This document shows, in pieces, positions 15,861-25,694 of a DNA stretch of 42,816 nucleotides. Below the pieces are notes generated by a model. That model was not told the DNA's origin. It saw only the letters and a list, made by a program, of their open reading frames with translations, and did no database searches. A program made the translations under genes and the position numbers. Each line of letters starts with the position of its first letter. Within the stretch, counting starts at the first letter, position 1. Source of the stretch: a virus (Duplodnaviria > Caudoviricetes); IMG/VR virus record IMGVR_UViG_3300037462_000205, positions 1 through 42,816 of that record, one strand, 5' to 3'.

Positions 15861-16943
15861 ATGACGATCCAATGGGCAGACGATTTCAGTCGCTATGGCA
15901 TCGGTGCAGGCAGCACGGCGTTCATGCTCGATGGACTGCCTTACGGCAACATCGGTTCAGGCGCCTCGGGAGGTCGCGTCGAAGCCAGCCCTGATCCGAA
16001 TGATGAAGGGCAGCGTGCGTTCAAGATCGGTACGGACGGCAACAACTGGCCGCGGGATTTTCGCACTGCATTGCCGACAGTCGTTTCCGGCACGGCAGGC
16101 GTTGCGTTCCGCGCTTGGCTCGACAATCTCCCAACGACAACGAGTCAGAGGTGCGCGCTTGTGGGTTTCCAGCGAGCGAATGGCGATTACATCGCGTATG
16201 TGCGGGTGGAACAGAACGGCGCTTTAACGGTTCAAGCGCGCGTCGGTGATGTATTGACTGAAATTTTCAACAGCATTAACCCGATTGTGCAACCACGCAG
16301 CTTCAATCACTTCGAACTCGTCCACAATCGGGCGACGGGAGAAGGCGAAGTCTACGTCAACGGAGTCCTCCGGGTTTCCTACACTGGCGTCGATACTGCG
16401 GACAACATCGCATTCATCAACATCACCAACCGGAGCGGCACCCTCCCAGGTGTTCCGATGTGGGTCAAAGATTTCCTGATTTGGGACGGCACCGGCTCAC
16501 AAAATAACACCGTCGCAGGCACCGTGATTGTCCGCAGGCTCAAGCCGAATGCAGACAATACGCTCGGTGGATGGGTGCCGAACACTGGCGCAACCGGCTT
16601 CAACCTTCTGGCGAAGGATACGCCGAACGACGCCACCTATCTTGCAGGCGACGACACGCCCCCCGCCCCGATGGCCTTTGACCTCGAAAATCTTCCGCCT
16701 GACATTACCAGCGTCCGGGCGCTGGTGTCCGTTACCCGGATGCGCAAGGTCGACGGCGGGGATGCCAACGTGCAGACCGCACTTTCGCCCGACAACGTGA
16801 ATTGGGATGATGGAGCAGATCGTCCGATCACCAGCGCATTCAGCTACTATTTTGATGTGTCCGAACTTGATCCGGCCAGCGCAACGCCGTGGGCGCCGAC
16901 CGCTGTGGACACTGCATTGCTGAGAATTGATCGGACGGTTTAA
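15861..16943 (+). CDS. Putative virion protein with ConA/laminin-G-like beta domain
   Basis: Beta-rich; HFEL......EVYVNG and WVKDFLIWDGTG motifs. Confidence 0.6.
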   Translation: MTIQWADDFSRYGIGAGSTAFMLDGLPYGNIGSGASGGRVEASPDPNDEGQRAFKIGTDGNNWPRDFRTALPTVVSGTAGVAFRAWLDNLPTTTSQRCALVGFQRANGDYIAYVRVEQNGALTVQARVGDVLTEIFNSINPIVQPRSFNHFELVHNRATGEGEVYVNGVLRVSYTGVDTADNIAFINITNRSGTLPGVPMWVKDFLIWDGTGSQNNTVAGTVIVRRLKPNADNTLGGWVPNTGATGFNLLAKDTPNDATYLAGDDTPPAPMAFDLENLPPDITSVRALVSVTRMRKVDGGDANVQTALSPDNVNWDDGADRPITSAFSYYFDVSELDPASATPWAPTAVDTALLRIDRTV

Positions 16944-16944
16944 C

Positions 16945-17787
16945 GTGGTCGCATCCGTCTCAGTTGAAGTCACGCAAGGGGACATTGTTGTCGCTTTCGA
17001 AGCGGTTTCCGGCAACGTGTTCGCCGCGCAATCCGATGTTTGCGCGGTGTTCAATTTCCCCTCCGAGGAAGTGCGCGTCAGTCAGTCCGATATTGTGTTC
17101 GCTTCACAAAGCACTGCGGATATTCAAGTCAGTCAAGCCGATGTGATCGCCATCTACCGCGGACGGGTCGAAGATCCGCTTTTACGATGCTGGACATTTT
17201 CGCTCGACGGACACGATTTTTACGTCCTTCGCCTCGGGTCGAGCGGCACACTGATCTACGACCTCTATTCCGAGCAGTGGATTGATTGGCAAAGTCCTGA
17301 CCTCCCCTTTTGGCGACCCAATTCGGGCATCAATTGGGTCGGTGGCGAGGCGCTCGCATCATTCTTCGGCAGCAATGCCGTGGTAGGCGATGATTTCCTC
17401 GGGGTGCTCTGGTTCCTTGATCCTCAGCAGCCGTTCGACAATTCTCCGACAGAAGGAGGTGACGCTCAGTTTTTCGAGCGCATCACCATGGGGCAAATGA
17501 CGGTCAAAGGTCGAGAAGTCATGCCCTGCTATGCGACATGGCTTACGACTGACATGGGCGACCCGGCCTACGAAGGCGCCGGTGTGCGGCTCGAAACCAG
17601 CGACGATGGTGGCAGGACGTTCGACGATCACGGATTGGTGGTAGTCACGGCGGGCGAATTTTCGCCGGAGATCGCCTGGTATTCGCTAGGCCAGATCGCG
17701 GCACCGGGTCGGTTGTTCCGTATTACGGACGATGGCGCTGTGACCCGCATTGACGGCCTCGAAATGAACGATCCGGACGACGATTAA
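16945..17787 (+). CDS. gp10-like tail protein, C-terminal part
   Basis: GHDFYVL...TLIYD....W, VVGD...G.L..LD and SDDGG.TF...W.SLG...R.F motifs. Start uncertain (16927 or 16945). Confidence 0.7.
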   Translation: MVASVSVEVTQGDIVVAFEAVSGNVFAAQSDVCAVFNFPSEEVRVSQSDIVFASQSTADIQVSQADVIAIYRGRVEDPLLRCWTFSLDGHDFYVLRLGSSGTLIYDLYSEQWIDWQSPDLPFWRPNSGINWVGGEALASFFGSNAVVGDDFLGVLWFLDPQQPFDNSPTEGGDAQFFERITMGQMTVKGREVMPCYATWLTTDMGDPAYEGAGVRLETSDDGGRTFDDHGLVVVTAGEFSPEIAWYSLGQIAAPGRLFRITDDGAVTRIDGLEMNDPDDD

Positions 17788-18635
17788 TGACTGGCCGGCT
17801 GCAACCCCTCGACGAAAAATTTCCGATTGTCGGCCCGGACGGTCGACCCACGCTGTATTTCACGCGATGGGCGCAGCAACGGATGCAAGACATCGGCGTT
17901 GCGATCAGTGAAGCTGAGGCAAATATCCTGATCAATCAGATTATCGACCAATACGAAATTCAGGCCGGTTCAGGCATCGACATTGTGCCAGACGGGAAAT
18001 TGTCGAGCAATCCGACGATCAGCACGGACGTGCAGGCGATCCTTGATCAGATCACTACGACTCACGGTTCGATCCTTTACCGGGATGCAGCAGCTTGGGC
18101 CGCGCTTGCTCCAGGCGTGGCAGGGCAATTCCTGAAAACCAACGGTGCAGGTGCAGATCCGGAATGGGCCGCAGCCGGAGGCGGTGGCGGCTCGGCTTGG
18201 TCGCTGGTATCGACGGTCGATCTATCAATCTCTCCCGTAGCCGCGATACCGTTTACTGGTTTGGGTGCGTATTCCGAAATATTGCTGATCGGCAGAGCAA
18301 CAACCACCAGCGTATCATCCTTTCGGGGATTGCTGGTCAGCACAGATAACGGAGCGTCCTATTTTAATACGGCCGGAAACTACGAAAGAAATGCGATCAC
18401 AGGTATTTTATCAAATCAAATGCAAATTGATGGCATTAGCAACGCAAGTGCTAATGCACGAAATTTTTACATTCATTTGATGGCGACTAATGTGGACGGA
18501 GCGCCCAAACCTTACCTTACAACTTCCCTTCTAAATGGATTCTTTGTAGGGTCGTTTGCTCCGATTAACGCAGTACAAGCCGTCACAACTGCGGGCAATT
18601 TCAATGGTGGCAATCTGTACCTGTTGGGTCGCTGA
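17787..18635 (+). CDS. Tail fibre / receptor-binding protein
   Basis: G..GQ.LKTNGAGADP.W..GGGGG linker followed by a lower-GC C-terminal module. Confidence 0.7.
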   Translation: MTGRLQPLDEKFPIVGPDGRPTLYFTRWAQQRMQDIGVAISEAEANILINQIIDQYEIQAGSGIDIVPDGKLSSNPTISTDVQAILDQITTTHGSILYRDAAAWAALAPGVAGQFLKTNGAGADPEWAAAGGGGGSAWSLVSTVDLSISPVAAIPFTGLGAYSEILLIGRATTTSVSSFRGLLVSTDNGASYFNTAGNYERNAITGILSNQMQIDGISNASANARNFYIHLMATNVDGAPKPYLTTSLLNGFFVGSFAPINAVQAVTTAGNFNGGNLYLLGR

Positions 18636-18746
18636 GACTTGACCAACCGCCGATTGATCGGCTAGTGTCTTTGCGTCCCTCGCCAGCGAGCGTTTCGATC
18701 ACATAGCCCACCGGGACCATCGGGGCCATCTGGATCGTCGAAACGT

Positions 18747-19151
18747 ATGCCTGTGCCTGCCGAAATCATCACCCAAGCAATTGAGCAAGCCCCATATAAC
18801 ATGGGTCTGACGGGCGCCGCCTGGCTGGCTTCCGAAGGCAACGTCCCTGTGGTGTTCGATGATGGCGGCGTGATCCTTTTCGACTACGAGGGCGAGGCCA
18901 CTTATCAGGGCCACTTCCTGCTTCGTTCGCACGGTCGCAAGGCGATTGATCAGGTCAAGCAGGCGTTCGCGCAAATGTTCGAGCAGCACGGTGCACACTT
19001 GCTATTCGGCCTGATCCCCGACTTTCGCCGCGATGTGAAGTTGGTCGCTCGGTGGGCAGGTGCCCGGTCGGCGGGCAAACGAGCAACGCCATATGGACCT
19101 TGCGAAATGTTCGTCCTGTCCAATCTGATGTTTTTCCGAAAGGTCAACTGA
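18747..19151 (+). CDS. GNAT-like protein (DUF2824 / P22 gp14-like)
   Basis: Size, position before the ejection genes, and Y.GH.L....GR.A pattern. Confidence 0.55.
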   Translation: MPVPAEIITQAIEQAPYNMGLTGAAWLASEGNVPVVFDDGGVILFDYEGEATYQGHFLLRSHGRKAIDQVKQAFAQMFEQHGAHLLFGLIPDFRRDVKLVARWAGARSAGKRATPYGPCEMFVLSNLMFFRKVN

Positions 19152-19152
19152 C

Positions 19153-19866
19153 GTGAGTTTTCTCCGACCCAAAGCGGCACGCTCCGACAATGCGAATATG
19201 GGCCTTATCAACTCGACCTATGGCGGGATGATGGGGCAAGGCACCGGCGCGACGAATTTCCTCGCGCAGCTTCTCGGCGTCAGTCCGGGCGCGGTGTCGA
19301 CGGGAGCGAACACGGTCGGCAATGCAGCAAATGCTGTGGCTGGCGCGGGCGGTGCGCAGGCAGGCTACACCAACTATCTCCAGATGGCAGGCTACCAGCC
19401 GGCGATGCGAGAAATGTCGCGCGGCACAGTCGGCCAGGGTGCGGCATCCGGCTTGCTGAACAGTGGGACGACCGCGCGCCGCCTGCAATCCCGCGGTGCC
19501 GAGATCAATCAAGGATTCTTCAACAACTACCTCCAGCAGCTTTCCGGTCTTTCCGGGCTCGGCCTGCAAGCGGGCGGGCTTGTTGCCAATGCAGGCCAGC
19601 GCAGCACAGGTGAGCGCCCGTCGACGATCGGTTCCGTTGCCAGTGCTATCGGCGGGATCGCGTCGATTTTCTCAGACCGCCGCTTGAAGCGTGATATCGA
19701 GCGCGTGGGCGAATTCCCCGATGGCCTCGGCATTTACGAATATCGCTACGTCACCGGCACCAAGCGGGTGCTTGGTGTGATGGCCGACGAAGTTGCCAAG
19801 CTTCGTCCGTGGGCGCTCGGTTCGCAACGCGCGGACTATATGACGGTCAATTACGGAGCCCTGTGA
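19153..19866 (+). CDS. Gly-rich ejection/pilot protein with C-terminal Peptidase_S74-type chaperone domain
   Basis: AASGLLNSG motif as in gp7-like proteins; SDRRLK.DI..VG...GIYEY.Y....GVMA.EV....P......V.Y. Confidence 0.75.
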   Translation: MSFLRPKAARSDNANMGLINSTYGGMMGQGTGATNFLAQLLGVSPGAVSTGANTVGNAANAVAGAGGAQAGYTNYLQMAGYQPAMREMSRGTVGQGAASGLLNSGTTARRLQSRGAEINQGFFNNYLQQLSGLSGLGLQAGGLVANAGQRSTGERPSTIGSVASAIGGIASIFSDRRLKRDIERVGEFPDGLGIYEYRYVTGTKRVLGVMADEVAKLRPWALGSQRADYMTVNYGAL

Positions 19867-21341
19867 TGGCGATCAATTTCCTGCGAACGCTGTTCGCTCC
19901 TCAGCAGTCGCCTTCCATGCCGATGAACCCGGCAACCGCTCCCACTATGTCGATGCCGCAGATGCAGGGGGATTTTCAGCGCATGACGGGTGCGGTTCCT
20001 GACGACCTGCGCGCAGCGAATATCATGCAGGCTATTGGGCAAGTGCCACAGACCGCACCTGTCCAGATGCCTTCGCAGATGCGCCAGCAGCAGGCACTGG
20101 GTGAACCGCCCCGCAAGCGTCGTTCCGTTCTCGACACGATCGGAGGCATTGCGGACGTGATCGCGCGCGTCGGTGGTGCCGAAGCTCTTTATCAACCGAC
20201 GCTTGACGCGCGCGAGGATCGGGCAAAGCAGATTGATCTCGACGCGATGCAGAAGCAATTGCTGGATCAGCAGTTGCAAGTAGGTGGTCAAGCGATTCAG
20301 GCAGGTGAGGACGAACTTGCCAGCAGTGCGCGTGCTCGGCTGGCAACAGCGCTCGGTGCCGTCGCACAAAATCCTGATGCTGTCGTCATGTGGCCTCAGA
20401 TCGCAGCGGAAGCCGGGATCAACGAACAGCAGGCGGCGCAGATCGGTGCAATCCTCGAAAGCAATCCCAAGGCTGCGGGCATTTTTGCGCAGTCGCTCGG
20501 CTGGTCGCCTACGGTTGGCAAAGGTCAGGGATCGCAGGCCAAGGAATTGCAGGTCTATGGCCTCCTGATGGAGCAGGGCGGACCGGAACTTGCCCAAGCC
20601 TATCTGCGCAATCTGACCAATCCCGATTCCATGAGCGAATACCAGAAAGGGCAATTGGATATTGCCCTTGCACGTCTCGGTCTGGAACGTGAAGAATTCG
20701 ATTTCAAGCGGCAGGAAGCAGAAGAAGGTCCTCAAGAGACTGCACAGGAACGCAAGCTGCGGCTCCAGAAGGAATTGGCGCGTCCGAAAGTCGAGGCGTC
20801 GTTGCGCGGAGCGACCAACGATATTGACAAGCAAATCCGCGACCTCAAGGAGTTGCGGAATTCGAGGGGTCTAGACAATATCACAGGTCCGCTCGCCGGC
20901 CGACTGCCCAATATCACGCCGGAAGCTACGGCAGCGCAGGCGTTGCTGGACACGATCATCGCGCGCGGCGGCTTCGCCGCGCTCCAAGACATGCGCGCCA
21001 ATTCTCCCACTGGCGCGGCGCTCGGCTCCGTGTCCGACGCCGAAGGTATTCGGTTGCAGAACTCCGTTGCCAGCCTCAGTCAGTTGCAAGCGACTGCGGA
21101 TTTTCAGAAGTCGATCGACAAATATATCAGCGATCTGGAATTTTCTCGGAAGAACCTGCAACAGGCGTTTGAGGAAACCTACCCCGAAGATGAAGAATCC
21201 GCACCGCAGCAGACCCAGCGCCGCAGATCGTCGCCTCGTATCGTTCCGCGCACTCCGGCAGGGCAACGTCCTTCTGCGCAGGGTGGACCGAGCCGCGAAG
21301 CCATTGAAGCTGAATTGCGGCGACGGGGGAGAATTCAGTAA
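19866..21341 (+). CDS. Internal virion / ejection protein
   Basis: Helical Q/A-rich protein; GALG.VSD.EG..L-like motif; ATG at 19866. Confidence 0.7.
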   Translation: MAINFLRTLFAPQQSPSMPMNPATAPTMSMPQMQGDFQRMTGAVPDDLRAANIMQAIGQVPQTAPVQMPSQMRQQQALGEPPRKRRSVLDTIGGIADVIARVGGAEALYQPTLDAREDRAKQIDLDAMQKQLLDQQLQVGGQAIQAGEDELASSARARLATALGAVAQNPDAVVMWPQIAAEAGINEQQAAQIGAILESNPKAAGIFAQSLGWSPTVGKGQGSQAKELQVYGLLMEQGGPELAQAYLRNLTNPDSMSEYQKGQLDIALARLGLEREEFDFKRQEAEEGPQETAQERKLRLQKELARPKVEASLRGATNDIDKQIRDLKELRNSRGLDNITGPLAGRLPNITPEATAAQALLDTIIARGGFAALQDMRANSPTGAALGSVSDAEGIRLQNSVASLSQLQATADFQKSIDKYISDLEFSRKNLQQAFEETYPEDEESAPQQTQRRRSSPRIVPRTPAGQRPSAQGGPSREAIEAELRRRGRIQ

Positions 21342-24238
21342 TGGCAAAGCCCCCCGAAAAGAAGAAGGCCGTAACGCCGCAACAGGCACGGCAAATCCTC
21401 GAAACGCAGCGGCAGCGCATCCGTGATCGTTTCAAGGACAATCCGGCAAAACTTGAAGTGGCTCTTGCGACTTTTGAGTCCGATCCACGCATCCAGAACG
21501 CGCGCAAGATCGCGGGATATGCGCCTGTGACCACGCGACAGCAAGAAATTCGCAGGAAGGCGCAGTCGGTTGCGCGAATTACGAAGAGCACTGGCGAAAT
21601 CAAGAAACTTGCAGAACAGGTGGACGTGGCGAAGCGTAAGGCGACGGCACGGACGGAGACTGCGCGCAGGGTGATTGAGCGTCAGAAGGCCGAAAACAAG
21701 GATTCGATCATCCCGGAATTTGTGCGCGACACAGGCGCTGGTATGCTGTCGGGCGCGAATAACGCGCTTTTCGGTTTGCCCGCTCGCGCAGCAGCGGCGA
21801 TCACTGGTACTGATAATCGGCTGATGCAGGAATACATCGACCAGCAAGGTCAGCGTGCACCTGTCACGAATTTCTTGACCACGCTCGCTGCTAGTGTTCC
21901 CACAGGCGGCGCACTGTTCAAGGGCGGTGCGGCTCTAGGCACTCGGCTTGCTGCATCAGGTTCACGTCCTGCGGCGGCGACCGGGCAAGCATTGCAGGCA
22001 GCTGGACGTGCCGCCACACTCAAGAAAGGTGAAAATGTCAAGAATGCGGGAAGGCTGGCCGCGACGGGTGCCGGTTTCGGTGCGGTCGATGCTGCGGTCC
22101 GTGATCGAGACGTCAAGCAAGGGGCGGCTTACGGGGCGGTAGGATCTGTCGCGCTTGGTGCGGGCGCAAAGGGCGCCATGTGGCTAGGCTCGAAGGCGAG
22201 CGATGCGCTTCGAGTGTCCGGAGCCGATAGCTTGTTGCGGCGATACACCAAGACGACCGCCGAGGAATTGCAGCGCCGTCTTGATGATTTCAAGGCCCGC
22301 GGAAAAGCGCAACCGACGCTCTATGAATTGCTCGATCTGGAAGGTCGGCAAGCCCTCTCGAACGTCCTCACGAAGATGAAACCGAACACTCAGGAGCGTG
22401 GAGCCAACTTGGCACGCGAACGAGTGGAATCAGTGCCGCGCGATCTGGCTCGGACAGTCAAGCAAGCCACGCGAAAACAGCGCCGCAGCAACGTCGAGAA
22501 ACTCATGGCCGCGCAAACTGACGCGCGCAGCAGCGTATGGCCTACCACCGCTGAGGCTCGGCTTGCGGTTGGTGCGGCTGACAACCCGACGCGCCTTGCG
22601 CAGCTTCGCCGGGAAGAAGCTGCGAAGATCATGTCACCTTTCGACGGAAAGCGCGCCGCAGACAATGTGGACAGTCTGATCCCGACGACGCTCCAACAGG
22701 GCAACAAGCCTGGCGAAGTCGTCGAAGTCCCGACTGATCCTGAAATGGCTGCGATGATCCGGTCCGCAGCAGGCCTTGCTCGTATCCGTGACAAGGAACA
22801 GGGGCTTACCGTGCGTGAGTTGACGGGCATGATCTCGAAACTCAAGGAGATCGCAACGGGTGGCGATGATCCGATCCAGCGAGGCAACGCGCAGCGGGCA
22901 GTTGACCATCTGGAGGACCAGCTTTCTCTGAACGTCCCTGGCGTTCGCACCGCCTTGACCAAGATGAATGAGGCTTGGGCAGCGCGGTCGCGGCAGTTGG
23001 AGGGGATGCGGGAAACCCGACCACAGGCTGCGGTCGACCCGAGCACGTCGCAACGGCTCCGGAAATCCGAAAACGTGTTCGAGACGCCGGAAGGCGCAGT
23101 CGGACGCCAAGCGGGCCAGCGCACCGAATTGCTCGACGATCTCGGACGTCGCCCGGATGCGGCTCTCGGCACCGTGCGAAATCTCGCTGAGGATGAAACG
23201 CTCGGTCGGCAATTGGCGCAAAATCTCGGGCGTCCTGTCACCGACGAAATCACGCAGACCGCGCAAGCACAAGTTGAGAGCGTTCGTCGACTGGCAACGG
23301 CTGTGCGCGATCCGAAATTCGACACCTCAGAATTGCAGTCGGGCGACCTTGCATTGCTCGCAGGTGCCTTGAATCCAGCATCCATGGCTTACACAAAGGC
23401 GCGCGGCCTTGCGATCCTGACCGAACGACTCGCGCAGATGATGCCGGAAAGCAGCCGTCGCGCCGTGATTGTCGACATGCTATTCTCCCGCGATCCGGCC
23501 ATGACACAGCGCGCGATCAACGCATTGCGAGGTCAGGGGCGTGCGGGTGACGACGCCCTGCGTGGCATCGTGACGGCCATGGCAGGTGCCGCAGAAGGCG
23601 TCGAAGCCATGGACGAACCTGTGGCTACTTTGGCACCTTTGCAGGAAATTCCCGCCGAAGAAGCGCAACCGATGGAAGAAACGGACGACCTTGATCTCAG
23701 CCGACTCTCCGACGACGAACTGCTCGAAATGTATCAAGCAGGCGAAGATGTGGATATCACCCAACTCTCCGACGACGAACTCATGCAGATGTATGAGGGC
23801 GGTGCGGAAAAAGCGAGCCCCTATACGAATGATCTCGAAGCGCTCTACGCGAACGAAGATCCGGCACTGATTGATCTGATTGAGCGCGTTTCAAAGCAGG
23901 AAAGCGGCGGTAAGCAATTTGACCGTAGCGGCCGTCCTGTGACGTCGAAGGCCGGTGCGATCGGTGTGATGCAGGTAATGCCGGGAACCGGGCCGGAAGC
24001 TGCAAAGCTGGCTGGTGTGCCGTGGGACGAACAGGCATATCGGAACGACGAAGCATACAACAAGCTGATCGGCACCGCCTACCTGTCTGAAATGCTCCGG
24101 CGATATGACGGAGACGTGGAACTCGCCCTAGTGGCCTACAACGCCGGTCCGAAGCGGGCAGACGCTTACGCCAGCGGCAAGATCAAATTTTTGGGCCTTC
24201 CTGCGGAAACTCAAGAATATGTCAGGAAAATTATGTGA
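21341..24238 (+). CDS. Large ejection protein with C-terminal lytic transglycosylase (SLT) domain
   Basis: QESGG, GA.G.MQ.MP.T, AYNAG and ET..YV motifs. Confidence 0.88.
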   Translation: MAKPPEKKKAVTPQQARQILETQRQRIRDRFKDNPAKLEVALATFESDPRIQNARKIAGYAPVTTRQQEIRRKAQSVARITKSTGEIKKLAEQVDVAKRKATARTETARRVIERQKAENKDSIIPEFVRDTGAGMLSGANNALFGLPARAAAAITGTDNRLMQEYIDQQGQRAPVTNFLTTLAASVPTGGALFKGGAALGTRLAASGSRPAAATGQALQAAGRAATLKKGENVKNAGRLAATGAGFGAVDAAVRDRDVKQGAAYGAVGSVALGAGAKGAMWLGSKASDALRVSGADSLLRRYTKTTAEELQRRLDDFKARGKAQPTLYELLDLEGRQALSNVLTKMKPNTQERGANLARERVESVPRDLARTVKQATRKQRRSNVEKLMAAQTDARSSVWPTTAEARLAVGAADNPTRLAQLRREEAAKIMSPFDGKRAADNVDSLIPTTLQQGNKPGEVVEVPTDPEMAAMIRSAAGLARIRDKEQGLTVRELTGMISKLKEIATGGDDPIQRGNAQRAVDHLEDQLSLNVPGVRTALTKMNEAWAARSRQLEGMRETRPQAAVDPSTSQRLRKSENVFETPEGAVGRQAGQRTELLDDLGRRPDAALGTVRNLAEDETLGRQLAQNLGRPVTDEITQTAQAQVESVRRLATAVRDPKFDTSELQSGDLALLAGALNPASMAYTKARGLAILTERLAQMMPESSRRAVIVDMLFSRDPAMTQRAINALRGQGRAGDDALRGIVTAMAGAAEGVEAMDEPVATLAPLQEIPAEEAQPMEETDDLDLSRLSDDELLEMYQAGEDVDITQLSDDELMQMYEGGAEKASPYTNDLEALYANEDPALIDLIERVSKQESGGKQFDRSGRPVTSKAGAIGVMQVMPGTGPEAAKLAGVPWDEQAYRNDEAYNKLIGTAYLSEMLRRYDGDVELALVAYNAGPKRADAYASGKIKFLGLPAETQEYVRKIM

Positions 24239-24603
24239 TGCCTTCGAGAACACCTCCCGCGACCACGCTTTCCGATGAAGCCAAGGAACAGATCGCTGAT
24301 GCAGTGATTGAGCGTTTTGTATCCCGCCACCCCGAACTCAGGCAAGGTTCCATCGTGACTGAAATTCCACCGCCGATCAAATGGGTCGGTATCATGCTCG
24401 GTGGCACCATGACTGCCGCAGTAACGGCCGGCTTGTTCTGGCTGGTCGCAACCGTCAGCGAAATGCAGGTGACGCTGGCTCGCATGGACGAGCGCATCGG
24501 CGGCTGGACTTCGATGAACGAAAGCCGCTACAGTGACCTCGAAAAGCGCGTTGCCGCTCTCGAAGAATCTGACAAGGAGGATCGCAAAGATGCCCGAAAG
24601 TAG
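24235..24603 (+). CDS. Membrane protein (one TM helix plus coiled coil), possible holin/antiholin
   Basis: Hydrophobic segment WVGIMLGG...GLFWLV at the start of the lysis region. Confidence 0.6.
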   Translation: MMPSRTPPATTLSDEAKEQIADAVIERFVSRHPELRQGSIVTEIPPPIKWVGIMLGGTMTAAVTAGLFWLVATVSEMQVTLARMDERIGGWTSMNESRYSDLEKRVAALEESDKEDRKDARK

Positions 24604-24841
24604 GACCGCTCGGCTGGACGCGCTCGCCAAGAAAGAAGGCTACCCTAGCTATGCCGCTATGGTGGCGTACAAGGAAAAATATCAGAAACCGATCACGCGC
24701 GTCGTGCCCGGTGCAGGTAAGCCCAAAGAGCGCAATTTCCTTCAGCGCATGATCGGCAGCATCCCCAATCCGATGAATTACGCGGCCAAGACCATGCGGG
24801 ATGCCACGGTACGGTCGCGCGCAAAGAGGAAGCGGAAATGA
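24590..24841 (+). CDS. Small basic protein
   Basis: AAGGAGG SD; MPESRTARL...RAKRKRK. Confidence 0.65.
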   Translation: MPESRTARLDALAKKEGYPSYAAMVAYKEKYQKPITRVVPGAGKPKERNFLQRMIGSIPNPMNYAAKTMRDATVRSRAKRKRK

Positions 24842-25464
24842 CGACCGCAGATCGCATCGCAGCAGCGCTCCGTGCCATCGCCCCGGAAGGCAAGCTTCTA
24901 GCTGAGGACGTGCCGCTCCTGAACCAGATCGCGGCCAATTGGGATGCTCGCACCGCGCCGGCACCGGGGGTCGTGGACCCTCCTTGGCTGACGCACGCCC
25001 GGAGCAAACTCGGACAGCGCGAGATCAAGGGACCGAAGCATAATTCATGGATCGCAAAGGGATGGGCACGGCTCGGCGCAGGATGGTTCAATGACGATGA
25101 GACGCCGTGGTGCGGGTTTTTCATCGCTGATGCACTCGACGCTGCGGGACTTCCTTACCCCAAGAATTTCCCGGCAGCGGCATCCTTCCGCACCTACGGC
25201 GTGGCCGTGCCAGCGCAACTCGGTGCGATTGCCACGATGAAACGACCGGGCGGTAATCACGTTTTCATCATCGTCGGAGAGACCCCTGATCGGCAATCCT
25301 TCAAGGCGCTCGGCGGCAATCAGTCGAACGCCGTGACGATCATGGACGTGCCGAAATCGCAGGTTGATGCGATCCGCTGGCCTCCCGGCGTGCCGCTGGT
25401 GCCGCGATCCAGAATGCAGCTTCCCATCATGCCGCGAGGCACAATCCTCAAGAGCATGGCATGA
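24838..25464 (+). CDS. Endolysin candidate (TIGR02594 / NlpC-P60-CHAP-like)
   Basis: PPW...A...LG.REI.G, DETPWCG, HV and LGGNQSN motifs. Confidence 0.8.
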   Translation: MTTADRIAAALRAIAPEGKLLAEDVPLLNQIAANWDARTAPAPGVVDPPWLTHARSKLGQREIKGPKHNSWIAKGWARLGAGWFNDDETPWCGFFIADALDAAGLPYPKNFPAAASFRTYGVAVPAQLGAIATMKRPGGNHVFIIVGETPDRQSFKALGGNQSNAVTIMDVPKSQVDAIRWPPGVPLVPRSRMQLPIMPRGTILKSMA

Positions 25465-25694
25465 AGGCGCCGCAGGAAGCCATGATCGCCTATCTGGCGA
25501 CCTTGGGTGCCATTGTTGCACTCTCGGCGTTCGGTGCGCTTGCTGTGGCGCTGTCACCGAAAGAGAGACTGGATGAAGTGCTCGCCGCACTAGCGTTCAT
25601 GTCGGCGGGCGTCACTGGCCTCGTCGGCGTGATCGGCACATTCCGACCCAAGGGACGCGACGAACCTCCCTACGATGACGGAGAAAATCAATGA
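25461..25694 (+). CDS. Putative holin (two TM helices)
   Basis: Two hydrophobic helices and a charged tail, located between endolysin and spanins. Confidence 0.6.
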   Translation: MKAPQEAMIAYLATLGAIVALSAFGALAVALSPKERLDEVLAALAFMSAGVTGLVGVIGTFRPKGRDEPPYDDGENQ

